Part shown: piece after piece, positions 34,309 through 45,995 of the stretch
How the letters are laid out: the number at the start of each line of letters is the position of its first letter
Numbering within the stretch: position 1 is the first letter of the stretch
Assembly: GCA_038087875.1 (NCBI GenBank)
Contig: JAXLNO010000107.1
Coordinates: 1-64,000, forward strand
Reading direction: 5' to 3'
Length of the DNA stretch: 64,000 nucleotides
Source: Malacoraja senta
Lineage: Eukaryota
Position numbers and translations under genes: made by a program
The notes under the pieces: model-generated
The model's database searches: none
What the model was told of the DNA's origin: nothing
The model's input: only the letters and a program-made list of their open reading frames with translations

Positions 34309-37155
34309 GCATAGAAATGTAGAAAATGGGTGCAGGAGTAGGCCATTCAGCCCTTCGTGCCAGCACTGCCATTCAATATGATCATGGCTGATCAGTAAAA
34401 TCAGTACCCTGTTCCTGCTTTCTCCCCATATCCCTTGATTCCATTAGCCCTAAGAGCTGTATCTAACTCTCTCTTGAAAACATTCAGTGAATTTGCCTCC
34501 ACTGCCTTCTGTGGTGGAGAATTCCACAGATTCACAACTCTCTGGGTGAAAAAGTTTTTCCTCACCTCTGTCCTAAATGGCCTACCCCTTATTCTTAAAC
34601 TGTGACCCCTGGTTCTGGTCTACCCCAACATCGGAAATATTTTTCCTGCATCTAGCCTGTCCAATCCCTTAATAATTTTATATGTTTCTATAAGATCCCC
34701 TCTTATCCTTCTAAATTCCAGTGAATATAAGCCCATTCTTTCATCATTTGTCAGTCCCGCCATCTCAGGAATTAACCTGGTAAATCTACGCTGCACTCCC
34801 TCAATAGCAAGAATGTCCTTCCTCAAATTAGGAGTCCAAAACTGCACACAATACTCCAGGTGTGGTCTCACTAGGGCCCTGTACAACTGCAGTAGGACCT
34901 CCTTGCTCCTATACTCAAACCCTCCCGCTATGAAGTCCAACATGCCACTTGCTTTCTTCACTGCCTGCTGTACTTGCATGCTTGCTTTCAGTGACTGATG
35001 TACAAGGACACCTGGATCTTGTTTCTCCCCTTTTCCTAATCTGACTATTCAGATAATAATCTGCCTTCTTGTTCTTGCCACCAAAGTGGATAACATCACA
35101 TTTATCCATATTATACTGCATCTGGCATGCATCTGCCCACTCACCCAACCTACCCAAGTCACCCTGCAGCCGCATAGCATCATCCTCACACTGCCACCCA
35201 GCTTTGTGTCTTCCGCAAACTTGGAGATGTTACATTTAATTCCCTCATTTAAATTGTTGATATATATTGCAAATAACTTGGGTCCCAGCACTGAGCCTTG
35301 CGGCACCCCACTATTCACTGCCTGCCATTCTGAAAAGGACCCGTTAATTTCTACACTTTGCTTCCTGTCTGCCAACCAGTTCTCTATCCATGTCGATACC
35401 CTACCCCCAATACCATGTGCTCTAATTTTGCACACTAATCTCTTGTGTGGAACCTTGTCAAAGGCTTTTTGAAAGTCCAGATACACTACATCCACTGGCT
35501 CTCCCTTATCCATTCTACTTGTTACATCCTCAAAACGTCCCAGAAGATTAGTCAAACATGATTTCCCTTTCATAAATCCATGCCGACTGTCACTGCTTTC
35601 CAAATGTGCTGCTATTACATTTTTAATAATCGACTCGAGCATCTTCCCCATTACTGATGTCAGGCTAACTGGTCTATAATTCCCTGTTTTTCTCTCCCTC
35701 CTTTCTTAAAAAGTAGGGTTACATTAGCTATCCTCCACTCCACAGGAACTGATCCAGAGTCGAGAGAACATTGGAAAATGATCAAAAGTGCATCAATGAT
35801 TTCCAGGGCCACCTCCTTGAGTACTCTGGGATGCAGACCATCAGGCCCTGGGGATTTATCTGCCTTCAGTCCCAACAGTTTACCTAACACCATTTCCTGA
35901 CTAATGTGGATTCCCTTCAGTTCCTCCCTCGCACTAGATCCTTGGTCCCCTAGTATTTCTGGGAGATTGTTTATGTCTTCCTTAGTGAAGACAGAACCAA
36001 AGTACTCATTTAACTGGTAAGCCATTTCCTTGTTTCCCATTATAAATTCACCTGTTTCTGACTGTAAGGGACCTACATTTGTCTTCACTAATCTTTTCCT
36101 CTTCACATAAGCTTTTACAGTGTATCGGTGGGCGGCGCGACTCTCGTTTGCAGCGGCCTCTGCAGTCCGTCTGTCTTTTATTATTTTTGTCTCGTTTTTA
36201 TGTAGTTTTTTGTTATTTTTTTGTCGGGGTGGGGGGGAAACTTAAAAATCTTTCCCCTGCACGGGAGACCCGACCTTTTCTTTGTCGGGTCTCCGTTGTC
36301 GTTGGGGCTGGGCAACGTGGAACGGCCTCCAGCAGGAACGACCTGGGGCTCCAGTTGTGGAGCTGCGGACTGCTCACCGTCGCGGGGCTGGCCGAGTCCG
36401 GAGCGGGTGGAGCTGTGGTGGAGACAATCGCTGCTGCGGCCCGACCCCCGGAGATTCGGAGGCTGCAACCGCGGGTCTGGCGGACGGCAACACCGGAGGC
36501 CCGCGGGTCCCCTGGTGGGGGGCCGCTTTTCGGGGCTTCCGCAGCGGCGACTTCTCCCGCCCGAGTTGCGGGGTTGAAGAGCACCTGTAGCGGGGCTTTA
36601 TCCCCCCACGCGGCTTGGAATGGCTGCCGGACTTTGCGAGCGCGCGCCGGGGCTCTAACACCAAGACCCGGTGCGCGACCCTTGCATTAACCGGCGTGGC
36701 TTTAATGGCCGCGGGATAATCACCATCGCCCGCCGGGGGCTTTGACTCTGACATCGGGGGGGGGGGGGGTGCAGTGGAGAGATACGTTTTTTTGCCTTCC
36801 ATCACAGCGCTGTGATGGATGTATGTGTAAATTGTGTTGTGTCTCGGGTCTTTTTCGTTTTGTAATGTATGGCTGCAGAAACGACATTTCGTTTGGACCT
36901 CAAGGGGTCCAAATGACAAATTTGTCCAAAAGACAAATAAATTGTATTATTACAGTCAGTTTTTATATTCCCCGCAAGCCTTCTTTCATGCTCTATTTCC
37001 CCCCTCTTAATTAACCCCTTTGTCCTCCTCTGTTGAATTCTAAATTTCTCCCAGTCCTCCAGTTTGCTGCTTCCTTTGGCCAATTGATATGCCTCTTCCT
37101 TGGATTTAACACTATTCCTAATTTCTCTCGTTAGCCACGGTTGAGCCGCCTTCCA
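34309..37155 (-). mobile_element. CR1 LINE, 5'-truncated, frameshifted ORF2
   Basis: KSPGPDGLHPRVLKE, VDVVYLDFQKAFDKVPH, GVPQGSVLGP and LVRPHLEYCVQFW; (catagaaa)-type tail at 34309-34325. Confidence 0.92.
36122..36949 (+). mobile_element. GC/CpG-rich non-autonomous retroposon inserted in CR1
   Basis: 7-bp TSD ttacagt (36115-36121, 36950-36956); aataaa plus short tail; no credible ORF. Confidence 0.65.
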
Positions 37156-37940
37156 CAGATGTTGGTTTAAACTTATTCCTTTTCTCCAGTGATGCTGTCT
37201 GACCCGCTGAGTTACTCCAGCTTTTTGTATCTATCCGATATCAATAGGCAAACTAATAAGGCAGTTTTTAATAGTGAAACAACAATAGCTGGAAATCAGA
37301 TTGCAGATGCTGGAAATCTGACATAAAACCATAAAAATGCTTTGAATACTTAGCAAGTCAGGCAGCTGAAAAATAAATGGTTAAAATGTTGAAAAATAAG
37401 TGGTTAATGTTGAAAAATAAATGGTAAATGTTTGAGGTTAATCCCTTTTTCAGAAGGGAAAGTAGAAAAAAACACAGGCTAGATTTAAGTTACATCGAGT
37501 GTGGGAAAGGAATGGATAGGACAAAGGGAATATGTCTAAAAGGATGAAGCTAGAGTTGCTGGGATGTTTTTTTTAATGAAGTTAGCTGGTTGATGGATTA
37601 ATGAAGACTGAGAGAGAGAAAATAAAGGGGTATGTAAAAGCTATGAGCTGTGGTTGTGAACCATAACTAAAAACAAGATCCTGGTATGTCCAACAGATCA
37701 GGAAAGTCTGCGAAGAGGGAAAAACGGAGTTAAGATATGGTATCCTCCACACTGTCAATAACTCGACCAATCTTTGTGTCTTCTGCAAAAATGCTGCTCA
37801 TTCCTCCTACGTCCACATCCAAATCATTTGCAGAAGTTACAAAGTGCAAGGGTCCCAGAGAATTTAAAAAAAATTGATATGGAGAGGTTTTACTATGCCA
37901 GAATGTCTACAATGGATACAAAACATATTGCTTGGACAAT

Positions 37941-38326
37941 TGGAATCTTATAGAAACATATAAAATTATAAAAGGACTGGACAAGCTAGATGCAGGAAAA
38001 AAATTCCCAATGTTGGGCGAGTCCAGAACCAGGGACCACAGTCTTAGAATAAAGGGGAAGCCATTTAAGAGTGAGGTGAGAACAAACTTTTTCACCCAGA
38101 GAGTTGTGAATTTGTAGAATTCCCTGCCACAGAGGGAATTCCACAATTCACTGGATGGATTTAAGAGAGGGTTAGATAGAGCTCTAGGGGCTAGTGGAAT
38201 CAAGGGATATGGGGAGAAGGCAGGCACGGGTTATTGATTGGGGACGATCAGCCGTGATCACAATGAATGGCGGTGCTGGCTCGAAGGGCCGAATTGCCTC
38301 CTCTTGCACCTATTTTCTATGTTTCT
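37941..38326 (+). mobile_element. CR1 3' end
   Basis: LIETYKIIKGLDKLDAGKKFPMLGESRTR; tttctatgtttct tail. Confidence 0.8.
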
Positions 38327-41300
38327 AAGACAAAAGAAAATATAAGTAGATCAGTTCAATGAATAATTAACTTTTTTTTTGAATTAGTGCATGCTAATAA
38401 TGATAGTCATATGGTACAGAACCAGGCCTTTCAGCCCAACTCGTCCATGCTGACGAAGATGCCCATCTATGTTAATCCCATTTGCCTACTTTTGACACAA
38501 ATCCCTCAACCTTTCCTATCCATGTATTCATTCAAATGTCTTTCAAATGTTATGATACCTGCCTCAACTACATCCTTTGCCAGCTTGTTCTATACATCCA
38601 CCCACCACTGTGTGAAAAAATTGCCCCCCAAATTCTTGTTAAATCTCTCCTCTTTCACCTTAAACCTATGCCCTCTAGTTCTTGATTCTACCCCTTGCAC
38701 TTTGGAGCAGAGAAATATCTAGAGAAAAAGTTGATTTTACTTCAAAGGATTGATCAAACGGCATTTTGAGTCAGTAGGCAATCAAAACAAGGGTTTGGAT
38801 GTATTTTGTTTGTGTTATGGGTCTTTGAGGCAAACTAGGGTTAGAAATGAATGGTTTTAATGAACATTTGGAAAAACGTTGGGTAAGACGTTTATGGGGG
38901 TCAGAGTAGGAAAATTGCAAAATAACCTAATTTGCTCAGTCTTTAGCATAACGAGAGTAAGCTTGAAGTGGTACAATTACAATGTTTAAAAGACATTTGG
39001 ACAGGTTATTGGATAGGAAATATTTAGAGAGATAAATGTAAAATGCAGGCAATTGGGATTTGTTGGGCCGAAGGGCATGTACCCATGCTATATAATTCTT
39101 ATCTCTAGTCCCAGAATCTTAATCTCTCTATGTAGTTGTTCATATTTTTAAATTGAGCTTTTGTGTTCTCTGTACTTGTGTAAACATCCTTTCCACAGTG
39201 AACATCGGATACTCGGTATGACCTGAACAATATTTTGAAGATGTTGATACAGGTCAGCCACCGATTTTACTTTACCCTTGCTTCCAGCCCTTATCTGTTT
39301 AGCCGTCCTATGTTGCAAAATTAAATATGGTGATAATTAAAAATGGGCAACCATGCCTAAAGAATATTTAGTTAAATGACATATTTCTCATCTGGTTTTA
39401 TGAACATTCACATTTATAATGATTGTGCATTGATAGTGCAAACAGGCTTCGAATCAGTAACCATAGTTTTGTAGGTTTTCACTGATGAGCGAGCAACAGG
39501 AAATACTTGTAATGCTGATATTCTCTTAATACTGGAGAGCTATAGATAATTTGCTAGTGTACATGTTCTTAGTTATCTTTCAAATGGATATGTAATCTCT
39601 GTACAAAGTAATGTCACAATCAGAGCACTTACTTAGTTTACCATTCAGTGTGTGGATAACTGATCCCTTCAGATAAATGATTATCACTATTGATCTTTTA
39701 TTTGAAATTAGGTTTTCAGCGAATGATTTGTAACAGACTATAAATAGCTATGATCAGTGGACTTTTTGGGTGAAGATATGTACCAACTATACTGATGATA
39801 CAAGTTCAGAATTATGTAGGATGAAGTTTTGAGAATTGAAGTTTGGAATTGAATAATATAGATTGTACTTCAAAATAAATTCAACATCTGCAACATTGAA
39901 ATTTCCGTTTCTCCTCGCCAATATGTGTAATCTGGTTTCTCTATTTTAAAGATCTGGGAATGAAACCAAATAACGATCAAAAGGTCTGTGACTTGAAAGT
40001 AAGTTGTGTTGTATGAGACCATGAACTACTTTGAATCACTTTAGAACAGTGTCATTTCCCTGGTAATGTCCCTCTACAACTGTATAAATGAGAACTGGGA
40101 AATGTAGATGCAAATTATATGATCTTTTGATTGGGGCAGGGTGAATAAATAATGTGAAAGTTAATTGTATTTTTAACTTCAGTAAACTAAATCTTTTTTA
40201 CGATGAGATTTTCGGATGGCTTTATTTGTTAACTTTTAACGCTCATATTATTTAACATTTTATTTCTGTTTTTATCCTTGTCTCGTTGTTTCACTCTGGC
40301 TGCACCACTTTTGAACCATGCATGGTATATGTATGTTTTGATTGACCAACAGACTTTTTTAAACGCTTGACCTCCATCCTCTTAAAAACAATCTTCCTTG
40401 ACTCAAGTCAGTCCCTTCATCCCCATGCATTCTAATTAAAATTTAAATATGTGTAACCACAAGGGGGAATCCCATGTCCTGGCATTCCATAATGCATCAC
40501 TGTGCTCTGTACTTTGCCTTCAGTTGTAATTATTTCAGTGTGTCCTAAAATCATTTCCTGGCAGGGACTGGAGGCAGGAAGCTCTTCTTAAAATCAAATG
40601 TAGAGAAACATTCATGAGTGCCAGATGACGAATGTGAGATATTGTCCTTCACCATAAAGTTTGAATGTAGTAAATCAAGAACAAACCACATTTTCTTTGA
40701 CAAGGTGAAGCATACAGCCTGAAACTTAAATCATTTATTCAATGGCTATTGATGCCAATGGAAGGGTGCAGGTGTTTGAAAGGTGTATTCTAATTTTTAT
40801 AAATAGTTCACTGACTTCATCCCTGTTAATCCAATCAAAAATACCGCTATATGTTACTGGTTTTCATGGATCTGTGTTTGAAAATCATTCTCCAATAATA
40901 TTCTCTAACCTTCATTACAGTGAATGAAACTGTTGTTAAAGGACAAATTAACAAAAGTGCTTTGTTGTAGCAGTGATTCATTGAGTGAATGTCTGCCAAC
41001 TGAGATACAGCTATTAAGAGAAAAGAAGCGGATGCGAGACCATATTATGTATTTGATGGGTAAAGGAAGATGTGGCGGTCTTCAGTTGTTGGAATCCTCC
41101 AGTTAGACACTACAATAGTTCAGATTTTATTATTAAGAATGAAAAATGTAAGCATTTAGCTACATTTTATATCACATTAAGTTGACAAGAACTTACTTTG
41201 TAATTTCAGACAACTGCATTCTACATTTAACAATGATAAACATTTATAATTGGCTTGCTTTATTTTCAGCAGACAACCCCAGTTGCTTGGAGATATGCTC

Positions 41301-41382
41301 TCAAACTTTTACCATTTGGCTATTAACATATTTTCACTGAAGTGGAATTTAGCTATACCTCAGTGGCCGTCTTTATTATTTA

Positions 41383-44132
41383 CAGTGCCCTTGAAAATGT
41401 TTGGGACAAAGACCCATCATTTATTTATTTCCCTCTGTACTCCACAATTTCAGATTTGTAATAGAAAAAAATCACATGTGGTTAAAGTGCACATTGTCAG
41501 ATTTTAATGAAGGCCATTTTTTTTCATTTTGGTTGCACCATGTAGACATTACAGTGGTGTTTATACATAGTCCCCCCATTTCAGGGCACCATGATGTTTG
41601 GGACACAGCAATGTCATGTAAATGAAAGTAGTCATGTTTAGTGTTTTGTTGCATGTCCTTTGCATGCAATGAGTGCTTGAAGTCTGCGATTCATGGACAT
41701 CATCAGTTGCTGGGTGTCTTCTCTGGTGACGCTCTGCCAGGCCTGTATTGCAGCCGTCTTTAGCTTATGCTTGTTTTGGGGGGCAGTCCCCTTCAATTTT
41801 CTCTTCAGCATATAAACGGCATGTTCAATTGGGTTCACATCGGATGATTGACTTGGTCACTCAAGAATTTACCATTTTTTTACCTTTGAAAAACTCTTTT
41901 GTTGCTTTAGCAGTATGTTTGGGATCATTGTCTTGCTGTAGAATGAACCGCCGGCCAATGAGTTTTGAGGTATTTGTTTGAACTTGAGCAGATAGGATGT
42001 GTCTTTACACTTCAGAATTCATTATACTACTACAATCAGCAGTTGTATCATCAATGAAGATAAGTGAGCCAGTACCTTCAGCAGCCATACATGCCCAGGC
42101 CATAACACCCCCACCACCATGTTTCACACATGAGGTGGTATGCTTTGGATCTTTGGCAGTTCCCTTTCTCCTCCATACTATGCTCTTCCCATCACTCTGA
42201 TATAAGTTAATCTTCATCTCATCTGACCCCAAGACCTTTTTCCAGAACTCTGGTTGCTCTTATAAGTACTTCTTGGCAAACTGTAACCTGACCATCCTAT
42301 TTTTGCGGCTAACCAGTGGTTTGCATCTTGCAGTGTAGCCTGTGTATTTCTGTTCACAAAGTCTTCTGCTGACAGTGGTCATTGACAAACCCACACCTTA
42401 CTCCTGAAGAGTGTTTCTGATCTGTTGGACAGGTGTTTGGGGATTATTCTTTATTATAGGGAGAATTCTTCTGTCATGAGCTGTGGAGGTCTCCCGTGGC
42501 CTGCCAGTCCCTTTACGATTAGTTAGCTCACCAGTGCTCTCTTCTTAATGATGTTCCAAATAATTTTGGAAAGCCTAAGGTTTGGGTGAAGGTGCACAAA
42601 AATGCTGGAGAAACTCAGCGGGTGCAGCAGCATCTATGGAGCGAAGGAAATAGGCAACGTTTTGGGCCGAAACCCTTCTTCAGACTGATAGGGGGTGGGG
42701 AGAAGAAAGGAAAAAAGGCGGAGGAGGAGCCCGAGGGCTGGGGGATGGGAGGAGACAACCAGAGGGGTGATGAAGGTGAGGGGACAGCAAGGGCTAGCAG
42801 AATTGGGAGAATTCAATGTTCATGCCCCCAGGATGTAGACTGCCCAAGCGGAATATGAGGTGCATTTCCTCCAATTTCCGGTGTTGCTCGCTGTGGCCAT
42901 GGAGGAGACCCAGGACAGAGAGGTCAGATACGAAATGGGAGGGGGAGTTGAAGTGCTGAGCCACCGGGAGGTCAGGTTGGTTAATGCGGACCGAGCAGAG
43001 GTGTTCGGCGAAACGATCGCCAAGCCTCCGCTTGGTCTCACCGATGTAGATCAGCTGACATCTAGAGCAGCGGATGCAATAGATGAGGTTGGAGGAGATG
43101 CAGGTGAACCTCTGTCGCACCTGGAACGACTGCTTAGGTCCTTGAATGGAGTCGAGGGGGGAGGTGAAGGGACAAGTGTTGCATCTCTTGCGGTTGCAAG
43201 GGAAAGTACCCGGGGAGGGGGTGGTACGGGAGGGAAGGGAAGAATTGACAATGGAATTACGGGGGGAGCGGTCTTTGCGGAAGGCAGACATGGGGGGAGA
43301 TGGGAAGATGTGGCGAGTGGTGGGGTCATGTTGGAGGTGGCGAAACACTTGTTGTATGTGACGGCTGGTGGGGTGAAAGGTGAGGACTAGGGGGACTGCC
43401 CTTGTTGTGGGTGGGGAGAGAGAGCAGTGTTGCGGGGTATGGCAGAGACCCTGGTACGAGCGTCATCTATGGTGGAGGAGGGGAAGCCCTGTTCCCTGAA
43501 GAATGAGGACATTTCGGATGCCCTGGTGTGGAATGCCTCATCCTGGGAGCAGATGCGGCGTAGACGGAGGAATTGGGAGTGGGGGATGGAGTCCTTACAG
43601 GAAGCAGGGTGGGAAGAAGTGTAGTCCAGATAGCCATGGGAGTCGGTAGGTTTGTAATGGATGTCGGTAAGAAGTCTACCACCTGCGATGGAGATAGTGA
43701 GGTCAAGGAATGGTAGGGAAGTGTCGGAAATGGTCCAGGTGTATTTGAGTGCCGTATGGAAGTTGGTGGTGAAGCGGATGAAGTCAGTCAGTTGTGTGTG
43801 GGTGCAGGAGGTGGCACCAAAACAGTCATCGACTAAGGTTTGGGTGATGTCTCTAACAGTTTTATTCTTGTTTCTCAGTCTCATAATGGCTTCTTTGGCT
43901 TTCATTGGCACAACTTTGGTCCTCATGTTGATAAACAGCAATAAAAGTTTCCAAAGCTGATGGAAAGACTGGAGGAAACCAAAATGTATCAAAATACCCT
44001 TTAATAAAATCTCACAATGTGCACTTTAACCACATGTGATTTTTTTTCTATTACAAATCTCAAATTGTGAGTACAGAGGCAAATAAATAAATAAATGATG
44101 GGTCTTTCTCCCAAACATTATGGAGGGCACTG
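41383..44132 (-). mobile_element. Tc1-like IR/DR transposon interrupted by a Penelope insertion
   Basis: Long TIRs (cagtgccc...tgtttggga...aaagacccatcatt) at both ends, TA on the left; transposase remnants SDEMKINL, VKHGGGGVMAW and NPIEHA. Confidence 0.9.
42590..43832 (-). mobile_element. 5'-truncated copy of the Penelope element at 49-53 kb
   Basis: Near-identical to 52144-53414. 15-bp TSD ctaaggtttgggtga (42575-42589, 43833-43847). Confidence 0.92.
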
Positions 44133-44404
44133 CAACTGTTCTAATTTTTATGAGTAAACACTACTTTGTTTACTGTGAATTTGCTATAGGATATAGTTTT
44201 TTAACCTGATCTTATCTCAACATTTCACCTATTCATGAGGATGCATTTTTAAAAATGTCTGTCACCATAGTTTGTAAGACCAGTTTGTTTGCCACTCCTG
44301 TTTGACATCTGCTAATCTTAAGAATATTGCGTTCCTTTGGGTTATATATTACAATGAAATAATTGCAAGCAAATTATTCTGATGGTTAAATTGTATTTTT
44401 GAGT

Positions 44405-44710
44405 AAGGAAGGCAAATGCAATGTTAGCATTCATATTGAGAGAACTTGAATATAAAAGCAAGAATATATAAGATGCTGGTCAGGCCACATTTGGAATATA
44501 TGTTAAGCAGTTTTGGACCCCATATCTGAGGAAAGATGTGCAGGCATTGGAGAGGGTCCAGAGGAGGTTTACAAGGATGATCATGGGGATGATTGGGTTA
44601 ACGTACAAGTAACGTTTGATAGCTCTGCGCCTGCACTCACTGGAGTTTAGGATGAGGGGGATCTCATTGAAACCTATCGAATAATGAAAAACTTAGATAG
44701 AGTGGATATG
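44405..44710 (+). mobile_element. CR1 fragment
   Basis: ctggtcaggccacatttgga...gagagggtccagaggaggtttacaag. Confidence 0.65.
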
Positions 44711-45096
44711 AGGGAGAAGGGAGAGAGAGGGGGGTAGGAAGAGAGGAGAAGAGGAGAGAGAGGAGGAGAGAGAGAAGAGGGGAGAGAGGAGGCGAGAGAG
44801 AGGGGGAGAGAGAGAAGACGGGAGCGTGGGGTTCATTTTCCCACACAAGCCATAGGTGACTGGGCAATCTGAACCCAAGCACCAAGTTGAAAGCGGCCGA
44901 AGGTGTGCAACCCTTGGGACAGCTCCCACTCTCCCACGGCAACCCTCCGCGGGCTGCGGGTCGGGTGGAGCGGAGGTTTGGGACAATGTTCATGCCTTCA
45001 CAGTGATGTGATGGACGCGGGGGTCTGGACCAATCGCTGACAAGTCCCGCCCCTCGGCAACGTCAAGTCCGTTATTGGACTTTCTGTTGAGCGGCA

Positions 45097-45368
45097 GTCG
45101 GTCCTTTGGCTTGTAGGCGACGACGCCTTTCGGGTAGGTGGCGTTTCGACAGAGCGGCCATTCGGTAAGTTTGCTTTTAGGCGATGCAGCTTTTCGGTTC
45201 GTTGGCTTTTAGGCGTCCCGCCCTTTCGGTTAGTTTGCATTTAGGCGTCCAATCCTTTCGGTTAGTAGGCGTTTCGTCTTCGGACTCTTTCGGTTTATTG
45301 GCGTTTCGGCCTCGTTTCCATTCGGTTCTTTGGCTTCGACTTCTTTGCTTCGGCTTCTTGTCTATCGG
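45097..45368. repeat. Phased array: 5-nt TTCGG/TTAGG-type core every 16 bp with variable spacers
   Basis: Cores start at 45097, 45113, 45129, 45145, 45161, 45177, 45193, 45209, 45225, 45241, 45257, 45273, 45289, 45305 and 45321, then continue at 14-15-bp spacing. Confidence 0.8.
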
Positions 45369-45389
45369 CGCCACGTCCGGGTACCACAA

Positions 45390-45995
45390 AAACACTGATG
45401 TAATGCTGAGGCTCTATAAAGACGCTGGTAAGGCCGCATTTGGAATATTGTGAGCACTTTTGGGCACTATATCTGAGGAAGGATGTGCTGGCTAAGGAGA
45501 GGGTCCAGAGGAGGTTTACAAGAATGATCCCAGGAATGAGTACATTAACATATGATGAGCATTTGACGGCACTGGGCCTATATTCGCTGGAGTTTGGAAG
45601 AATGAGGGGAATAACTACTTGTCATTGAAACATACTGAATAGTGAAAGGCTGGGATAGAGTGGATGTGGAGAGGATGTTTCCACTAGCAGGAGAGTCTCG
45701 GTCTGGAGGTCATAACCTCAGAATTAAGGACGTTATTTTAGGAAGGAGATGAGGCAATTCTTTAGTCAGAGGGTGGTGAATCTGGAATTCTTTGCCATAG
45801 AAGTCTGAGGCAAAGTCAGTGGATATATTTAAGGCAGAGATAGATAGATTCTTGATTAGTACAGTTGTCAGAGGTTATGAGGAGAAGGCAGGAGAATGGG
45901 ATTAGGAGGGAGAGATGGATCAGTCATGATTGAATGGCAGAGGAGACTTGATGGGCTGAATGGCCTAATTCTACTCCTATCACATGATCTTATGG
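45390..45995 (+). mobile_element. CR1 3' fragment
   Basis: EYCEHFWALYLRKDVLAKERVQRRFTRMIPGM followed by a CR1 3' UTR. Confidence 0.8.

Noticed and set aside
43387..43992. 201-aa Tc1/Penelope chimeric ORF
   Set aside because: It is an in-frame read-through across the insertion junction and begins at the truncated RT DD motif. There is no evidence of function.
45097..45368. CRISPR array or telomeric (TTAGG) repeat
   Set aside because: The conserved core is only 5 nt with 11-nt spacers. It is not contiguous telomeric repeat and is far too short for CRISPR repeats.
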